From Pseudomonadota bacterium (GTDB lineage Bacteria; Desulfobacterota; Desulfobacteria; Desulfobacterales; RPRI01): a stretch of DNA of 49,872 bases. Numbering within the stretch: the stretch's first letter is position 1; every line of letters begins with the position of its first letter. The DNA is taken from assembly GCA_043825875.1 (NCBI GenBank), contig JBDRRF010000055.1, positions 1 to 49,872 of the forward strand. Reading direction: 5' to 3'. The notes beneath the pieces were generated by a model that searched no databases, had not been told where the DNA came from, and saw only the letters and a list, made by a program, of their open reading frames with translations. Positions 38,345-49,290 of the stretch are shown one piece after another. Both the position numbers and the translations under genes were made by a program.

Positions 38345-41300
38345 ATGCCGAAGAAATTTAAAATTATATTGATCAGTATTGCTGCCTTATTTTTTCTATT
38401 AATAATAGGAATCGCAGGACTGGTGTTTTCAATTCAAACGGATTTCGGCAAACGTTTTATTGAATCACAAATAGATAAACAGATTAAAGGCTCTATCAGT
38501 TTCGATCATCTGCAGATTTCTTTGCTTAAGGGACAACTCGAACTAAATCATGTTAATCTAAAGGATGACAGCTTAGAAGATATTGCAGGTATAAAACGGC
38601 TTTTTATAGATATCTCATGGGACTCTTTTTTAAAAGGCTGCTTGATTGTAAGACAACTCACGATAGAAAATCCTTGGATTTTGCTTCGTCCGGATAAAAG
38701 CGGCAATCTTAATCTGACAAATGCCCTATCATCTGTCAAAAATTCAAAAGCGGATGAACCTAAAAAACCGTTAGAGTATAAAGTCTGTCTGGAAAAATTC
38801 AACCTGACAAATGGAAAATTTCAGTTCCAAATTCCGGATTCGGCTATGTCAATTACTGCAAATGGAATAGATCTTATAGCAAACGGTGATTGGCCTCAAA
38901 AGACAGGCTCTTGTAATCTTAAAATAAAATCCGGGAACATAGATCGTAAATCTTCCAATCTGAGATTTGGTCCCATTAAGCTTGAAGCATCATTTGCTAA
39001 AGAAGTAATTTCTTCTTTGAATCTACAAGTTACTTCCGGCAATTCTCATATAGATATAGCCGGACACATAACTAATGTTTTTGATAAACCGTCAATAGAT
39101 CTTGCCGGAGATTTTGACATAGCTTTGTCTAAATTGCAAAATGTCCTTGGAATCGAAGGTTTATATAACGGCCAAATCAGTTCCCATCTTGAGGCAAAAG
39201 GTTATATAAACAATCCTGAAGTTTCGGGAACTGCTACTTATAATGGTGGCGTTATTGCCGACAATAAAATTGATAAAGCAAAACTTTCGTTTTCTTTAAA
39301 GAATCGACTTGCGGAACTAAAGCCTTGCAGCTTATGGGCAGGTGGTGGTCAGATAGACCTTAGCGGGACAGTTGATCTTATGAAAGTTTTTCCTGAAGGA
39401 TTTATATCTGATAAAAGCTATCCCGATGAGCTTACTTACGACATTGTTCTTGACGGGAAAAATGTAAACCTTGAAAAACTATGTCTTGATGATAAAAAGA
39501 TGCGAGGTTTGGTTCAATCCAATATTTCAATCCGGGGCAAAGGAATTAAACCAGGGTCTGCCGAAGCCTTTGCAGGCTGGAAGGTTCAGGGACAAGGGGT
39601 TACAGTTGATCGACTGGCAGCACCTGTTGACCTGCTTTTTTCAGGAAAGGCCGATCTGAGTCAGGGCATAGCAACTCTTAAACAGGTACAATTCAGTTCC
39701 GGTAAAACGGATCTTCGGGCAGCCGGTCAATACAACATAATTTCCCAGGCTCTTGAAGGTAAAGTTTTCATAGCTGCTCCTGATCTTACCTCAGCATTAT
39801 CTCCATTGGGAATTAAAGATATTAAAGGAAGTGTACGGTTGGATGCGGCGGTTTCAGGATTTCTTAAAGCACCGGTATTTATCTGTGATGCAAAATCGGA
39901 AGCACTTTATATTCGAGGCATATCTATTGGCGATGTCTGGCTTAAGGGCGGCATTGACAACTCCGGTATTCTTGATGTCAACCGGCTTGAGTTGGTTAAC
40001 AAAAACTCTGTTTTATCTGCTTCCGGAAAGATTCAGGTGTTTGCTCCAAAATCAGTTAAAGCTTCTGTAGGTACAGATCTTAATATAGAAAAAGCTACCG
40101 TTTTCTTAAGTGATTTTCATAAAGATTTCAAAGGATCTTTATTTGTAAAAGGTCATGCGAAAGGCCCATGGAAGCATCTTCGCGGAAGTTTTAATATCCT
40201 GGGTCAAGATCTCATAATTGCAGGACAACCTATACATGAGGTTAAACTGAACCCTGAACTGGATGGAGATACTATTAAGGTTAAACCTCTTTCCATCCAG
40301 ATTGCACCCGGAGAAAGCATCACAGGGGAAGGCTGGATTTCTTTCGATAAGAAATACCAGGTTAACCTTATATCGGAAAATATCTCCTTAAATTCAATTG
40401 AAGCTATCCGCAAGCAAGGCCTTGTAGAAGGAAGACTTCGTATTGATATTTCCGGTGAAGGGTCTTTAGATCATCCCATGCTTTCAGGCAAAATATTCAT
40501 AAACCGGTTAAATTTAAAAGGGCAAGAATTTAAAGATTCTATAATCAACTTTGATCTGAACCAAAATATTATCAGTTGCAACACCGATCTTGGTTTTCAG
40601 GCAAATGGCAAAATGAATCTTAAAAGCAGTACTTTTGATATAAACGCAGTTTTTGATCATTCCGATCTTTTACCTTACCTAACTATAGCCGGATATCCGG
40701 ACTGGTCGGGAAAACTTACCGGTAGCTTTGAAGCACAAGGAAATGCAAAAAATCTTGAAAACATAAGCGCTCGTGCAAATATTTCAGATATGGAACTATC
40801 CTTTGGAAACAATAAAGCAGTTAATGCAAAGGATGCAAACCTGTCATATCAAAACGGCAACTTATTGATTCCTGCTTTCGATTTATTTTTTATGGATAAT
40901 GCTAAAATTACCATCAACGGAACAGGCAGGCTAAATGGGCCGATAAAGATCCATGCCCATGGGGATATCCCGGTTTCAATACTCGGTTCATATATTGAAG
41001 ATCTTGCCGATATAAAAGGAGGATTGAATCTTTCCGCAGATCTTGGCGGATCATTTGCACATCCGGAAATAAGCGCCAAAGCAGATCTTAAAAACATTTC
41101 TTTTACTATTCCGTATCTTTTCCAGAAGCTGCACGATTTAAATGGGTCCATTCTTGTTAATTCCAAAGATTTACTTATTGAAAATATATACGGCAAGATT
41201 GATGATGGAATATTTAATGTTGACGGCAAAATAGAATTGAAAGACCTTCAACCGGGAAAAGGTCAGATCAACTTCAAAGCCACTGCCCTTCCGATACAGA

Positions 41301-42232
41301 TTCCCGATACAATGGATATGGTTCTTGATGCAAATCTAAAGCTTTCCGGTAGTAAAGATAAATCTCTTCTTGAAGGTGAGATTATCCTGATAGACGGGCT
41401 GTACTACAAAGATGTAAAACTGAATCTACTCCAGGAACTGACAGAGAAAAAGCGCAACGCTATAATTGCAGGTGAGGAAAGTACATCTTCTTTATTAAAA
41501 AATATGTCTGTAGATGTGGACATAAAACACAGAAATCTCCTCCGGGTGGAAAATAATCTTGCAAAACTTGAAATTGCACCAAATATTAAAATTCAGGGTA
41601 CAGCTGATAGCCCTTTGATAAGAGGTAGAACTTCAGTCGAATCAGGAACAGTAGATTATCTGCGAAAGGTATTTGTGGTTAAAAAAGGAACTATCGACTT
41701 TTTAAATCCATATAAAAATGATCCTACCTTTGATATAAAAAGCGAGGTTCAGGTACGGCAATGGAAAATTTTTCTTGAAATTTCAGGTACCAGAGAAGCG
41801 ATAGTGCTCAAGCTTACATCCGAACCGGCTGAAGAACGTGAAGATATCCTGTCTTTGCTGCTGGTCGGAAAAACAAGCCGCGAGTTGATTAAATCCGGAG
41901 GTGGCGTTAGCCAATCAACGGAACAGATACTTGCGGAAATGATCGCATCGACTCTGGGTGATGACATAAAAAAAACCACGAGCCTCGATTACCTGGAAGT
42001 TGAAACCACTGATAATAAAAACGGTGAAAACGAGGGCTACGTCAAAGTAACAATAGGTAAGGATCTTTCTAAACGTTTGACAATTAAATATGCGGTCGCA
42101 TCGGAAAAAGGAGAATTCATCAGGCGTGCAATTGCAGAATACAAACTATTGCAAAACCTTCGATTGAGCGGATATCAGGATACAAGTGGACTGTACGGTG
42201 GAGAGCTTAAGTACAGGATAGAATTCCGATAA
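38345..42232 (+). CDS. tamB: Translocation/assembly module TamB (AsmA-like, C-terminal DUF490)
   Basis: N-terminal TM anchor; long beta-rich body; C-terminal L.SEP....EDILSLLL.G, VTIGK.LS, Y.IEF. Confidence 0.88.
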   Translation: MPKKFKIILISIAALFFLLIIGIAGLVFSIQTDFGKRFIESQIDKQIKGSISFDHLQISLLKGQLELNHVNLKDDSLEDIAGIKRLFIDISWDSFLKGCLIVRQLTIENPWILLRPDKSGNLNLTNALSSVKNSKADEPKKPLEYKVCLEKFNLTNGKFQFQIPDSAMSITANGIDLIANGDWPQKTGSCNLKIKSGNIDRKSSNLRFGPIKLEASFAKEVISSLNLQVTSGNSHIDIAGHITNVFDKPSIDLAGDFDIALSKLQNVLGIEGLYNGQISSHLEAKGYINNPEVSGTATYNGGVIADNKIDKAKLSFSLKNRLAELKPCSLWAGGGQIDLSGTVDLMKVFPEGFISDKSYPDELTYDIVLDGKNVNLEKLCLDDKKMRGLVQSNISIRGKGIKPGSAEAFAGWKVQGQGVTVDRLAAPVDLLFSGKADLSQGIATLKQVQFSSGKTDLRAAGQYNIISQALEGKVFIAAPDLTSALSPLGIKDIKGSVRLDAAVSGFLKAPVFICDAKSEALYIRGISIGDVWLKGGIDNSGILDVNRLELVNKNSVLSASGKIQVFAPKSVKASVGTDLNIEKATVFLSDFHKDFKGSLFVKGHAKGPWKHLRGSFNILGQDLIIAGQPIHEVKLNPELDGDTIKVKPLSIQIAPGESITGEGWISFDKKYQVNLISENISLNSIEAIRKQGLVEGRLRIDISGEGSLDHPMLSGKIFINRLNLKGQEFKDSIINFDLNQNIISCNTDLGFQANGKMNLKSSTFDINAVFDHSDLLPYLTIAGYPDWSGKLTGSFEAQGNAKNLENISARANISDMELSFGNNKAVNAKDANLSYQNGNLLIPAFDLFFMDNAKITINGTGRLNGPIKIHAHGDIPVSILGSYIEDLADIKGGLNLSADLGGSFAHPEISAKADLKNISFTIPYLFQKLHDLNGSILVNSKDLLIENIYGKIDDGIFNVDGKIELKDLQPGKGQINFKATALPIQIPDTMDMVLDANLKLSGSKDKSLLEGEIILIDGLYYKDVKLNLLQELTEKKRNAIIAGEESTSSLLKNMSVDVDIKHRNLLRVENNLAKLEIAPNIKIQGTADSPLIRGRTSVESGTVDYLRKVFVVKKGTIDFLNPYKNDPTFDIKSEVQVRQWKIFLEISGTREAIVLKLTSEPAEEREDILSLLLVGKTSRELIKSGGGVSQSTEQILAEMIASTLGDDIKKTTSLDYLEVETTDNKNGENEGYVKVTIGKDLSKRLTIKYAVASEKGEFIRRAIAEYKLLQNLRLSGYQDTSGLYGGELKYRIEFR

Positions 42233-42236
42233 TTAT

Positions 42237-45038
42237 ATGAAAATAATAAGTACAATATATGGTCTTTTGATCTGTTTGATTAGCGGAGTTATTTTTTCTT
42301 TGCCTGCTCATTGCACTGATACAAAGCAAGTAATGGATAATATCCTTATTATTTCGGAGATAAGGATTACAGTTGCTGACAAAACAGATACCGGTCTTCG
42401 GGAAATGGCCTTCAATCTTATTTCACTTAAAAAGGGAGATAAATTCTCTCCTGTTCTGCTGGATGAATCCATACGTTTTTTACAACAGAGCGGAAAATTT
42501 AAAGAAATCAGTGTTGATTCAAAAGAAGAAGATGGAAATATCATTCTTTTCTTTCAACTTATCCCTTACCAATGGATTAAGGATATCAGTATTTACGGAC
42601 GATACCCTGTATTTGAGCGCGAAGTGCTTGGTGCTATGACGATATATCCCGGAAATGCTTATTTGGCAGAAGAATTAAAGAAACAGGAAACAGGAATAGT
42701 TAAACTTTTTGAAAAGGAAGGCTATATAGCGCCGCAGATCAATGTTACTTCAAAACAAGATCCTGTTGACGGTAATTATACAATTAAAGTCATGATTAAC
42801 AAAGGTCCGTTTTACAATCTCAAGAAGCTTGTCTTTACCGGGAATAACATTTTTTCCGCTACAAGACTCAAATGGAAGATGAAAACATGGCGTGCTTCAC
42901 TTTACCCCGGCAGTTCCGGCAGGTTTATTGAGACCGATTTCAAAAAAGATGTTGAGGAATTGACAAAGTTTTACAGAGATAATGGTTTTGCAGATATAGA
43001 AATACAGCCGGTTATTGAAAAGGATACAAAAAACCAAACAATTGCTGTTACATTGGCAATCAATGAAGGTCCCTGTTACCGGATTTTCTTTGATGGAAAC
43101 CATGCCTTTTGGGATCTTACTTTAAAAAAGGATCTGTTAATTTTCCGTGATGGAAACCGCAACGGCTTAGGACTGAAACGAAGTATAAGAAAAATCAAGG
43201 ATAGATATCTTTCCTCGGGTTATCTTTCCACAAAAGTAAAGCTGGAAGAACAAGCACTCTCCGGCAAGGAAAAAACCGTCCGGACAATTCGTATATTAAT
43301 TGAGGAGAATCCCCAAACTATTGTAGATTCTATCGAAATTAAAGGAAACTCCTCATATGCCAAAAGCATAATCAGAAAACAAATGCTTACCGAAACCAAC
43401 AGTATTACGCAGGAAGGCATTTTTGTCCCAAAAATCTTTGAGGAAGACATTGCCGGCATACAGTCGTTTTATGTCAGCGAGGGCTTTATAAGCCCTGAAA
43501 TTAAACATGAATTGGAATGGAGCCAGAATCGAAGTCGGGTAAAGATTCTGATTCTTATCAATGAAGGTGTCCGAACCCTGGTTTCTTCTGTTAAGATAAT
43601 TGGTTCAAGATTGCTTTCTTCTGATGATGCTTTAAGAGTAATTGCATTAAAGGAAAAAGAACCTTTCAGGAAATATATGATCAAAGGAGATGAAAATGCT
43701 TTGTCCCGGTTGATTTCCCAAAAGGGATACCCATATGTAAAAGTTAAAGGAGAACAAATTCTCAGTAATGACAAGACACAAATTCAAATTACATACCGGA
43801 TAACAGACGGGATATTCGTATCAATGGGAGATATTTATTTAAAAGGCAATCTTCGAACAAAGAATCGGGCAATCGAAAAAGAAATGGAAATCCGTTTTGG
43901 CGAACCCTTCTCCCTGGAAAAAATGCTTTTAAGCCAGAGAAACATTAGAAACATGGATATCTTCAAAGATGTTCGTTTCAAAACTTTTGGGCTTAAGGAA
44001 GAAAAAGACCGTATCAACCTTATGATCGATGTTGAAGAACAGAAACCCTATTTTGCCGAATTAGGCGGCGGTTATGACTCATCGAAGGAGTTGTATACAC
44101 GCATAATGGCAGGAGATCATAATCTGTTTGGATTAAACAAATACGGATGGATGAGTGGAGAAATCAGTCAGATCGGTTACAGGGCAGAAGTCGGTATAAG
44201 TGAACCACGGTTTCTTGACACATATATTTCTGCTTCCAGCAATCTATACACAGAGAAAGTGGAAGATTTTAACCAAAACTTTGGTTATAAGGCTATCGGA
44301 GCATCTTTGGGTTTTTCCCCAAAACCATTTAAGAACATTACTCCGGGACTTAATTTCAGCCTGGAAAGAAGAGACCAGTATCGGATAGATACCTCTCTTC
44401 CTCTTGGAGATTCAATAACTGAAGAGGAATTCGAAAAGCGCAGCATACTGATTGTTACGCCTTCTTTAACTTATAATACGAGAGATTCTTTTATCCGCCC
44501 CAAAAAAGGGATTTTTTCTTCTCTGCATGTTGATATTTCAAAAGGCATAGAAAACTCTTTTGATGATTTTATCAAATACCGGTATGACCTGCGTTATTAT
44601 TATACTCCGCTTAATCCCCTGACGCTGGCTTTCCGGGGAAAAGCCGGGTATATAAAAGCTTATGGCAATAAAGGGCAAATTCCCCAGGACCAGCTCTTTT
44701 TTCTTGGCGGCGCTCTTGATGTACGGGGTTTTGAAGAAAACCTACTCAGGTTCGATAGTGCGGGAGATGCTGTGGGAGGACGTTGTGCAATTTCCGGCAG
44801 TGTTGAGGCCAGGATAGACCTTGGTGCTAATATTGAGATGACAACATTTTATGATACCGGAAGTATATCAAAAACATTTGTTGATGCCGGTTCCGATAAA
44901 TTCCGATCTTCGGTAGGACTGGGGCTTAGATATATCACCCCGATAGGGCCTATCGGACTCCTATACGGACATAAGCTTGACAGGGAAAAAGGAGAAAGTT
45001 CCGGTCAGATTCATTTTTCTGTAGGATACACATTCTGA
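42237..45038 (+). CDS. Omp85-family outer-membrane assembly factor (BamA/TamA-like) with multiple POTRA domains
   Basis: Repeated I.GN ... Y...GY POTRA patterns; FFLGG..DVRGF; GLRYITPIGPI; C-terminal GYTF. Confidence 0.92.
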   Translation: MKIISTIYGLLICLISGVIFSLPAHCTDTKQVMDNILIISEIRITVADKTDTGLREMAFNLISLKKGDKFSPVLLDESIRFLQQSGKFKEISVDSKEEDGNIILFFQLIPYQWIKDISIYGRYPVFEREVLGAMTIYPGNAYLAEELKKQETGIVKLFEKEGYIAPQINVTSKQDPVDGNYTIKVMINKGPFYNLKKLVFTGNNIFSATRLKWKMKTWRASLYPGSSGRFIETDFKKDVEELTKFYRDNGFADIEIQPVIEKDTKNQTIAVTLAINEGPCYRIFFDGNHAFWDLTLKKDLLIFRDGNRNGLGLKRSIRKIKDRYLSSGYLSTKVKLEEQALSGKEKTVRTIRILIEENPQTIVDSIEIKGNSSYAKSIIRKQMLTETNSITQEGIFVPKIFEEDIAGIQSFYVSEGFISPEIKHELEWSQNRSRVKILILINEGVRTLVSSVKIIGSRLLSSDDALRVIALKEKEPFRKYMIKGDENALSRLISQKGYPYVKVKGEQILSNDKTQIQITYRITDGIFVSMGDIYLKGNLRTKNRAIEKEMEIRFGEPFSLEKMLLSQRNIRNMDIFKDVRFKTFGLKEEKDRINLMIDVEEQKPYFAELGGGYDSSKELYTRIMAGDHNLFGLNKYGWMSGEISQIGYRAEVGISEPRFLDTYISASSNLYTEKVEDFNQNFGYKAIGASLGFSPKPFKNITPGLNFSLERRDQYRIDTSLPLGDSITEEEFEKRSILIVTPSLTYNTRDSFIRPKKGIFSSLHVDISKGIENSFDDFIKYRYDLRYYYTPLNPLTLAFRGKAGYIKAYGNKGQIPQDQLFFLGGALDVRGFEENLLRFDSAGDAVGGRCAISGSVEARIDLGANIEMTTFYDTGSISKTFVDAGSDKFRSSVGLGLRYITPIGPIGLLYGHKLDREKGESSGQIHFSVGYTF

Positions 45039-45162
45039 TTATCTGTTGCATAATGTGTAAATCTGTACTTTACTCTCTAATAAAAGCTGAATAGATGGGC
45101 ATGGTCGTTCGAAACCCTCTGTATAAACTGAAAAGGAAGATCAAGGACAAGAGGAGCATAAG

Positions 45163-46716
45163 TTGAATATACCATTTATACTGGAAAAGGCCATCGGCCT
45201 TTATGAAGAAAAGGAAGCGGTTGTTTGCAGCGGCAAGCGGTTTTCTTATAGCCAATTCGGCAAACGTGTTTTTAGTCTATCGCATCTTCTAAAGGCCCTT
45301 GGGCTTAAGAGGGGAGATAGAGTTGCAATAATTCACAGAAACGCTCATCAATATCTTGAGGTATATTTTGCGGCGGCACAGCTTGGCGCAATACTCAATC
45401 CATTGAACTACAGGCTTTCGGCAAGAGAGCTTGATTTCATCCTTAAAGATTCAGGCGCAGGGATTTTATTAGCAGAAGACATTTTCAGCGAAACAGTAGA
45501 TGCCCTCAAGGGACTTAAAAGTAATATAGGTAAGATAATATGGACAGGGACAGGGGATGTCCCCGACACATTCGAGTCAGTGAAATATGAAGATGCAATT
45601 GCAGGGGAAAGCCCTGACTTTATTTCCCCGCCTGACATCAAGGATGAAGACACCGCCCACCTTTATTACACAAGCGGAACCACCGGGAGGCCAAAAGGAG
45701 TTATGCTGTCACACAAAAATGTGTGCACCCACGCCCTTGCGGCAATCGCTGAATTGAGTCTTTCAGATCATGACAACTGGATACACGCGGCCCCTCTTTT
45801 TCATCTGGCGGACGCCTGGGCAACATTTGCAATAACCTGGATAGGGGGCAAACATGTGATCGTCCCGGAGTTTGAACCATCAGTTGTCCTTTCTTCCATC
45901 CAGAAAGAAAGGGTTACCATAACAAACATGATTCCTACCATGCTCAACATGCTGGTGAACACGCCGGGTGTTAAGAAATATGACCTGACAAGTCTCCGGG
46001 CAATTCTGAGCGGCGGCGCACCCATTGCCCCTGAAGTTGTAAAGAAGATTATGGACACGTTTAAATGTGATTACATCCAGACATATGGCATGACAGAGAC
46101 AAGCCCCTATCTCACACTTTCATTATTAAAGGAAAATCTTTCAGTACTTCCCCCAAAAGAACAATTTGTATTCAAGGCAAAGACAGGCAGGCCCATTATG
46201 GGTGTGCTCTTAAAGGTTGTAAGAGATGACGGAAAAGAGGTGGATCGCGATGCAAAAGAAGTGGGCGAAATAATTGTGAAGGGTGACACAGTTAGCAAGG
46301 GTTATTGGAACCAACCTGATGAAACCGCCAAGGCCATTCGTGATGGCTGGCTGTATACCGGCGATATAGCAGTTATTGATCGTGAAGGTTATGTTAATAT
46401 TGTGGATCGTAAAAAGGACATGATCATAACAGGGGGTGAAAATGTCTACAGTATTGAAGTTGAAAACACACTCTATAATCATCCGGCAGTGCTGGAAGCA
46501 GCTGTCATAGGAGTTTTTGACAGCAAGTGGGGTGAGGCTGTAAAGGCATTTGTTGTGCTTAAGCCAGGGTGCAGTGCAACTGAAGACGAAATCATAAAAC
46601 ACTGCAAGGAGCAAATTGCCCATTATAAGGCCCCTAAGTCTGTTGAGTTTATTGCCGAGATTCCGAAGACGGGTTCGGGCAAAATATTTAAGAAGGGGCT
46701 TAAGGATAAGATATGA
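45163..46716 (+). CDS. Long-chain-fatty-acid--CoA ligase (ANL family)
   Basis: YTSGTTGRPKG, YGMTE, GWLYTGD, DRKKDMIITGGEN, PKTGSGK; TTG start after GAGGAG. Confidence 0.92.
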   Translation: MNIPFILEKAIGLYEEKEAVVCSGKRFSYSQFGKRVFSLSHLLKALGLKRGDRVAIIHRNAHQYLEVYFAAAQLGAILNPLNYRLSARELDFILKDSGAGILLAEDIFSETVDALKGLKSNIGKIIWTGTGDVPDTFESVKYEDAIAGESPDFISPPDIKDEDTAHLYYTSGTTGRPKGVMLSHKNVCTHALAAIAELSLSDHDNWIHAAPLFHLADAWATFAITWIGGKHVIVPEFEPSVVLSSIQKERVTITNMIPTMLNMLVNTPGVKKYDLTSLRAILSGGAPIAPEVVKKIMDTFKCDYIQTYGMTETSPYLTLSLLKENLSVLPPKEQFVFKAKTGRPIMGVLLKVVRDDGKEVDRDAKEVGEIIVKGDTVSKGYWNQPDETAKAIRDGWLYTGDIAVIDREGYVNIVDRKKDMIITGGENVYSIEVENTLYNHPAVLEAAVIGVFDSKWGEAVKAFVVLKPGCSATEDEIIKHCKEQIAHYKAPKSVEFIAEIPKTGSGKIFKKGLKDKI

Positions 46717-46766
46717 TATTTTCGCACAAAGACACAAATAATCAAACAAAGTTGTGGAGGTAAGAT

Positions 46767-47216
46767 ATGTCCAGTTTGAAAAATAATATGAATTATATTT
46801 TATGTGTAGTTATTCTATTAATCTCGGTTTCTTCATATGCCGGAGAGCAATCTCAAAATAAATATTACAAGTATGCAGAACTTAGTGTAGTTAACAGATT
46901 TTATGATGAAAATGGCGGGATAGCAGAAATGTCTACAACCGTATTTTTAAATGACGGTTCAGGAAAAGAAATTTCATCTTATAGCAAAGAGAGTATAATT
47001 GCCAATAAAGATGCGAAACACGAAGCATTTAAAGATTTTATTCAAAAATACACCAATAACAAACCGAAAATCTCGAAAATATCGGAAATGAATGTATTAA
47101 ATGTATTGAGTATTAATGGGTGGGAAGTTATTCACTACAACAACCAGGAGCTAACTTTTAAAGATGGAAGCGGCTCAAAGGCAAGATATTTACTCAGAAA
47201 AGAAGCAAACAAATAA
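46767..47216 (+). CDS. Hypothetical secreted protein
   Basis: SD GGAGG; signal peptide ending SYA; C-terminal LN.L...GWEV pattern. Confidence 0.7.
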   Translation: MSSLKNNMNYILCVVILLISVSSYAGEQSQNKYYKYAELSVVNRFYDENGGIAEMSTTVFLNDGSGKEISSYSKESIIANKDAKHEAFKDFIQKYTNNKPKISKISEMNVLNVLSINGWEVIHYNNQELTFKDGSGSKARYLLRKEANK

Positions 47217-47296
47217 CTGCATTCAAGTGTTTATATTGATGGACTTTCCACAAGTCCATCAATATTGTCATTTCTCCACAAGAACATATCTTTGCC

Positions 47297-47839
47297 CTAA
47301 AAACTATTATAATGGACAAAATCCAGAATTTCTCTTCTCTTTGGAGCAGAGCCTGATTTTGCCGGATATCCGATGGGAATAAGAGCAACAAGTTCATACC
47401 CATCCGGAACATTAATAACTTTTTTTGCCTTGTCATGATCTAAAAGCCCGACTATAACTGTACCTAACCCAAGATCATGTGCCGCAAGACAAAGGGTCTG
47501 GGTAAATATGCCAAGATCAAACATGAACCAGTCCACAAATTTTGTCGGAGCTACATTATTATACAATCCCGATGAATTTAATTTGCCGCAAACTGCAAGA
47601 ACAACAGGAGCCTGAGTAATTGCATTTGTAGCAGGATTTTTTGGCAGGATTGTTTCCCTAAGATTTTCTTTCATAGCCTTATCTCTTATTACAACTATTT
47701 CCCAGCACTGCGTATTTGCCCAGGAAGGTGACCATCTTACCGCTTCAAATATAATATTTAATTTTTCATCAGGAACATCTTTTACATCATATGTTCGTAT
47801 ACTTCTTCTTTCTTTTATAACTTCCATAATATCCGACAT
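47297..47839 (-). CDS. Nitroreductase family protein
   Basis: ERRSIR, SPSWANTQCW, LAAHDLGLGT, IPIGYP. Confidence 0.93.
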   Translation of the reverse strand: MSDIMEVIKERRSIRTYDVKDVPDEKLNIIFEAVRWSPSWANTQCWEIVVIRDKAMKENLRETILPKNPATNAITQAPVVLAVCGKLNSSGLYNNVAPTKFVDWFMFDLGIFTQTLCLAAHDLGLGTVIVGLLDHDKAKKVINVPDGYELVALIPIGYPAKSGSAPKRREILDFVHYNSF

Positions 47840-47884
47840 AAATACCCTCCTGTAACAAATTAAATTCGTTATGTCTTTACATGT

Positions 47885-48026
47885 GAGCCAGTTTCAAAAC
47901 GCCCCATTTTGGCCGATCTCTGCGTTGGGCTCAAATTTCAATCCTCGAAATACTAAATGTATTCCTGCGGTTGAAATTTTCGCCCGCCTTGAGCTTGACC
48001 AAACTGAAACGTTTTGAAAGTGGCTC
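47885..48026 (+). mobile_element. 142-bp fold-back MITE-like element, copy 1
   Basis: TIR GAGCCAGTTTCAAAACG / CGTTTTGAAAGTGGCTC (16/17); ATGT on both sides (possible TSD); near-identical second copy at 49736. Confidence 0.8.
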
Positions 48027-48036
48027 ATGTGGCTGA

Positions 48037-48222
48037 TTAATGTTTATGTGTTTTATCTTCTTTGTAGCAATTGCAATTATTTTCACCGCATTCTGTACAT
48101 ACATAAGTTACTGCTATATCTTTTGTTTCTTTTTCTACTTCTTCTTTTTCTTCCGAAGCCGGTTTTCGGACAATTATAAAAATTACAAAAACTGTAATAA
48201 GTAATATAAGAATTTTAAGCAT
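48037..48222 (-). CDS. Small single-TM protein with C-terminal Cys cluster
   Basis: SD AAGGAG; N-terminal TM helix; CTECGENNCNC. Confidence 0.65.
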   Translation of the reverse strand: MLKILILLITVFVIFIIVRKPASEEKEEVEKETKDIAVTYVCTECGENNCNCYKEDKTHKH

Positions 48223-48235
48223 TTTCTCTCCTTTT

Positions 48236-49216
48236 TTATATGCCCTTTTTCAACGAGTATATGATATTCTTTTCAAGCTTTTCTTTTTGCAAATGATCTT
48301 GTTCAAGATATTTTAAATGGGCAATAGCTTCACCTGTAGCAATCCATTTTTGCGCACCGGGAAATGAATCCCAACTCTCATAATTTGTGTCCCAGCTCAT
48401 CTGCGAGGCTATTTGAAATGCATTTTTGTTTCCGTTTTTCAGTATAGAAATAATATTTTCAAGCCTTTTTTGATGGTGATCCTTTATTTCCAGAATCCTT
48501 TTTCTGGTATTTGTTATTAAAGATCTATGGCCTGGAAGTGTTAATTTTATATCAAGCCCATAAATATTATCAAGACTTGCCATATAGTCATTTAAAGGAT
48601 TTTGCTCATCAGACCATAATTGAATTGTAGCAGTAATATCATTAAGGATATGGTCCCCTGCTATCAGTATTTTTTTGTCTGGTTCATACAGGCACATATG
48701 CCCTTTTGTATGGCCGGGCGTTTGAATGCACTTGAACTGATAACCGGATATGCTGATTATAGTGCCATCATTTATAATATGAAAGTTTGCCAATCCTTCT
48801 GAAGCATATTTATAAGATTTAAATCCGGGATGATTGTAAAGTGCTTTAAGCTCTTTTTCCGGAAAACCGTTTTGGCATGCAGAGTCAGTATATTCATCCA
48901 GGAAATATCCCGATCTGAGCATATCTGCTTCTATCTGATTAAAATATATTCTGGAGGTATCCGGAGCAATTCTTAAAGCAAGGCCAAGATGATCAGGATG
49001 CATGTGAGTAATAAAAAAGTCAGCTTTTTTTATATCAATTTCCAGTTCTTTTAAACCGGACAGCATTACATTCATGCATTCATCCTGAGCAAAACCGGTA
49101 TCAATAATTATGCTTCGCTCGCTATCTTTTATTATATAGGAGTTTAAAGCTCCAAGCGGATTCTTGGGAAGCGGAATTTTAATCCTGTATATATTTGGTA
49201 AAATTTCATCAATCAT
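48236..49216 (-). CDS. MBL-fold metallo-hydrolase
   Basis: IIDTG, THMHPDH.G, TPGHT.GH, AGDH, LPGH. Confidence 0.92.
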   Translation of the reverse strand: MIDEILPNIYRIKIPLPKNPLGALNSYIIKDSERSIIIDTGFAQDECMNVMLSGLKELEIDIKKADFFITHMHPDHLGLALRIAPDTSRIYFNQIEADMLRSGYFLDEYTDSACQNGFPEKELKALYNHPGFKSYKYASEGLANFHIINDGTIISISGYQFKCIQTPGHTKGHMCLYEPDKKILIAGDHILNDITATIQLWSDEQNPLNDYMASLDNIYGLDIKLTLPGHRSLITNTRKRILEIKDHHQKRLENIISILKNGNKNAFQIASQMSWDTNYESWDSFPGAQKWIATGEAIAHLKYLEQDHLQKEKLEKNIIYSLKKGI

Positions 49217-49290
49217 ATTTTGTTCCGGTAGGTGTTGATTTTATCCTTTATTATAAAAAGTATTATCTAAAAGTTCCAATATATATATTA

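Noticed and set aside
47200..47230. attC-like start (GCAAACAAATAACTGCA) after the secreted protein gene
   Set aside because: No complementary right half or GTTRRRY box
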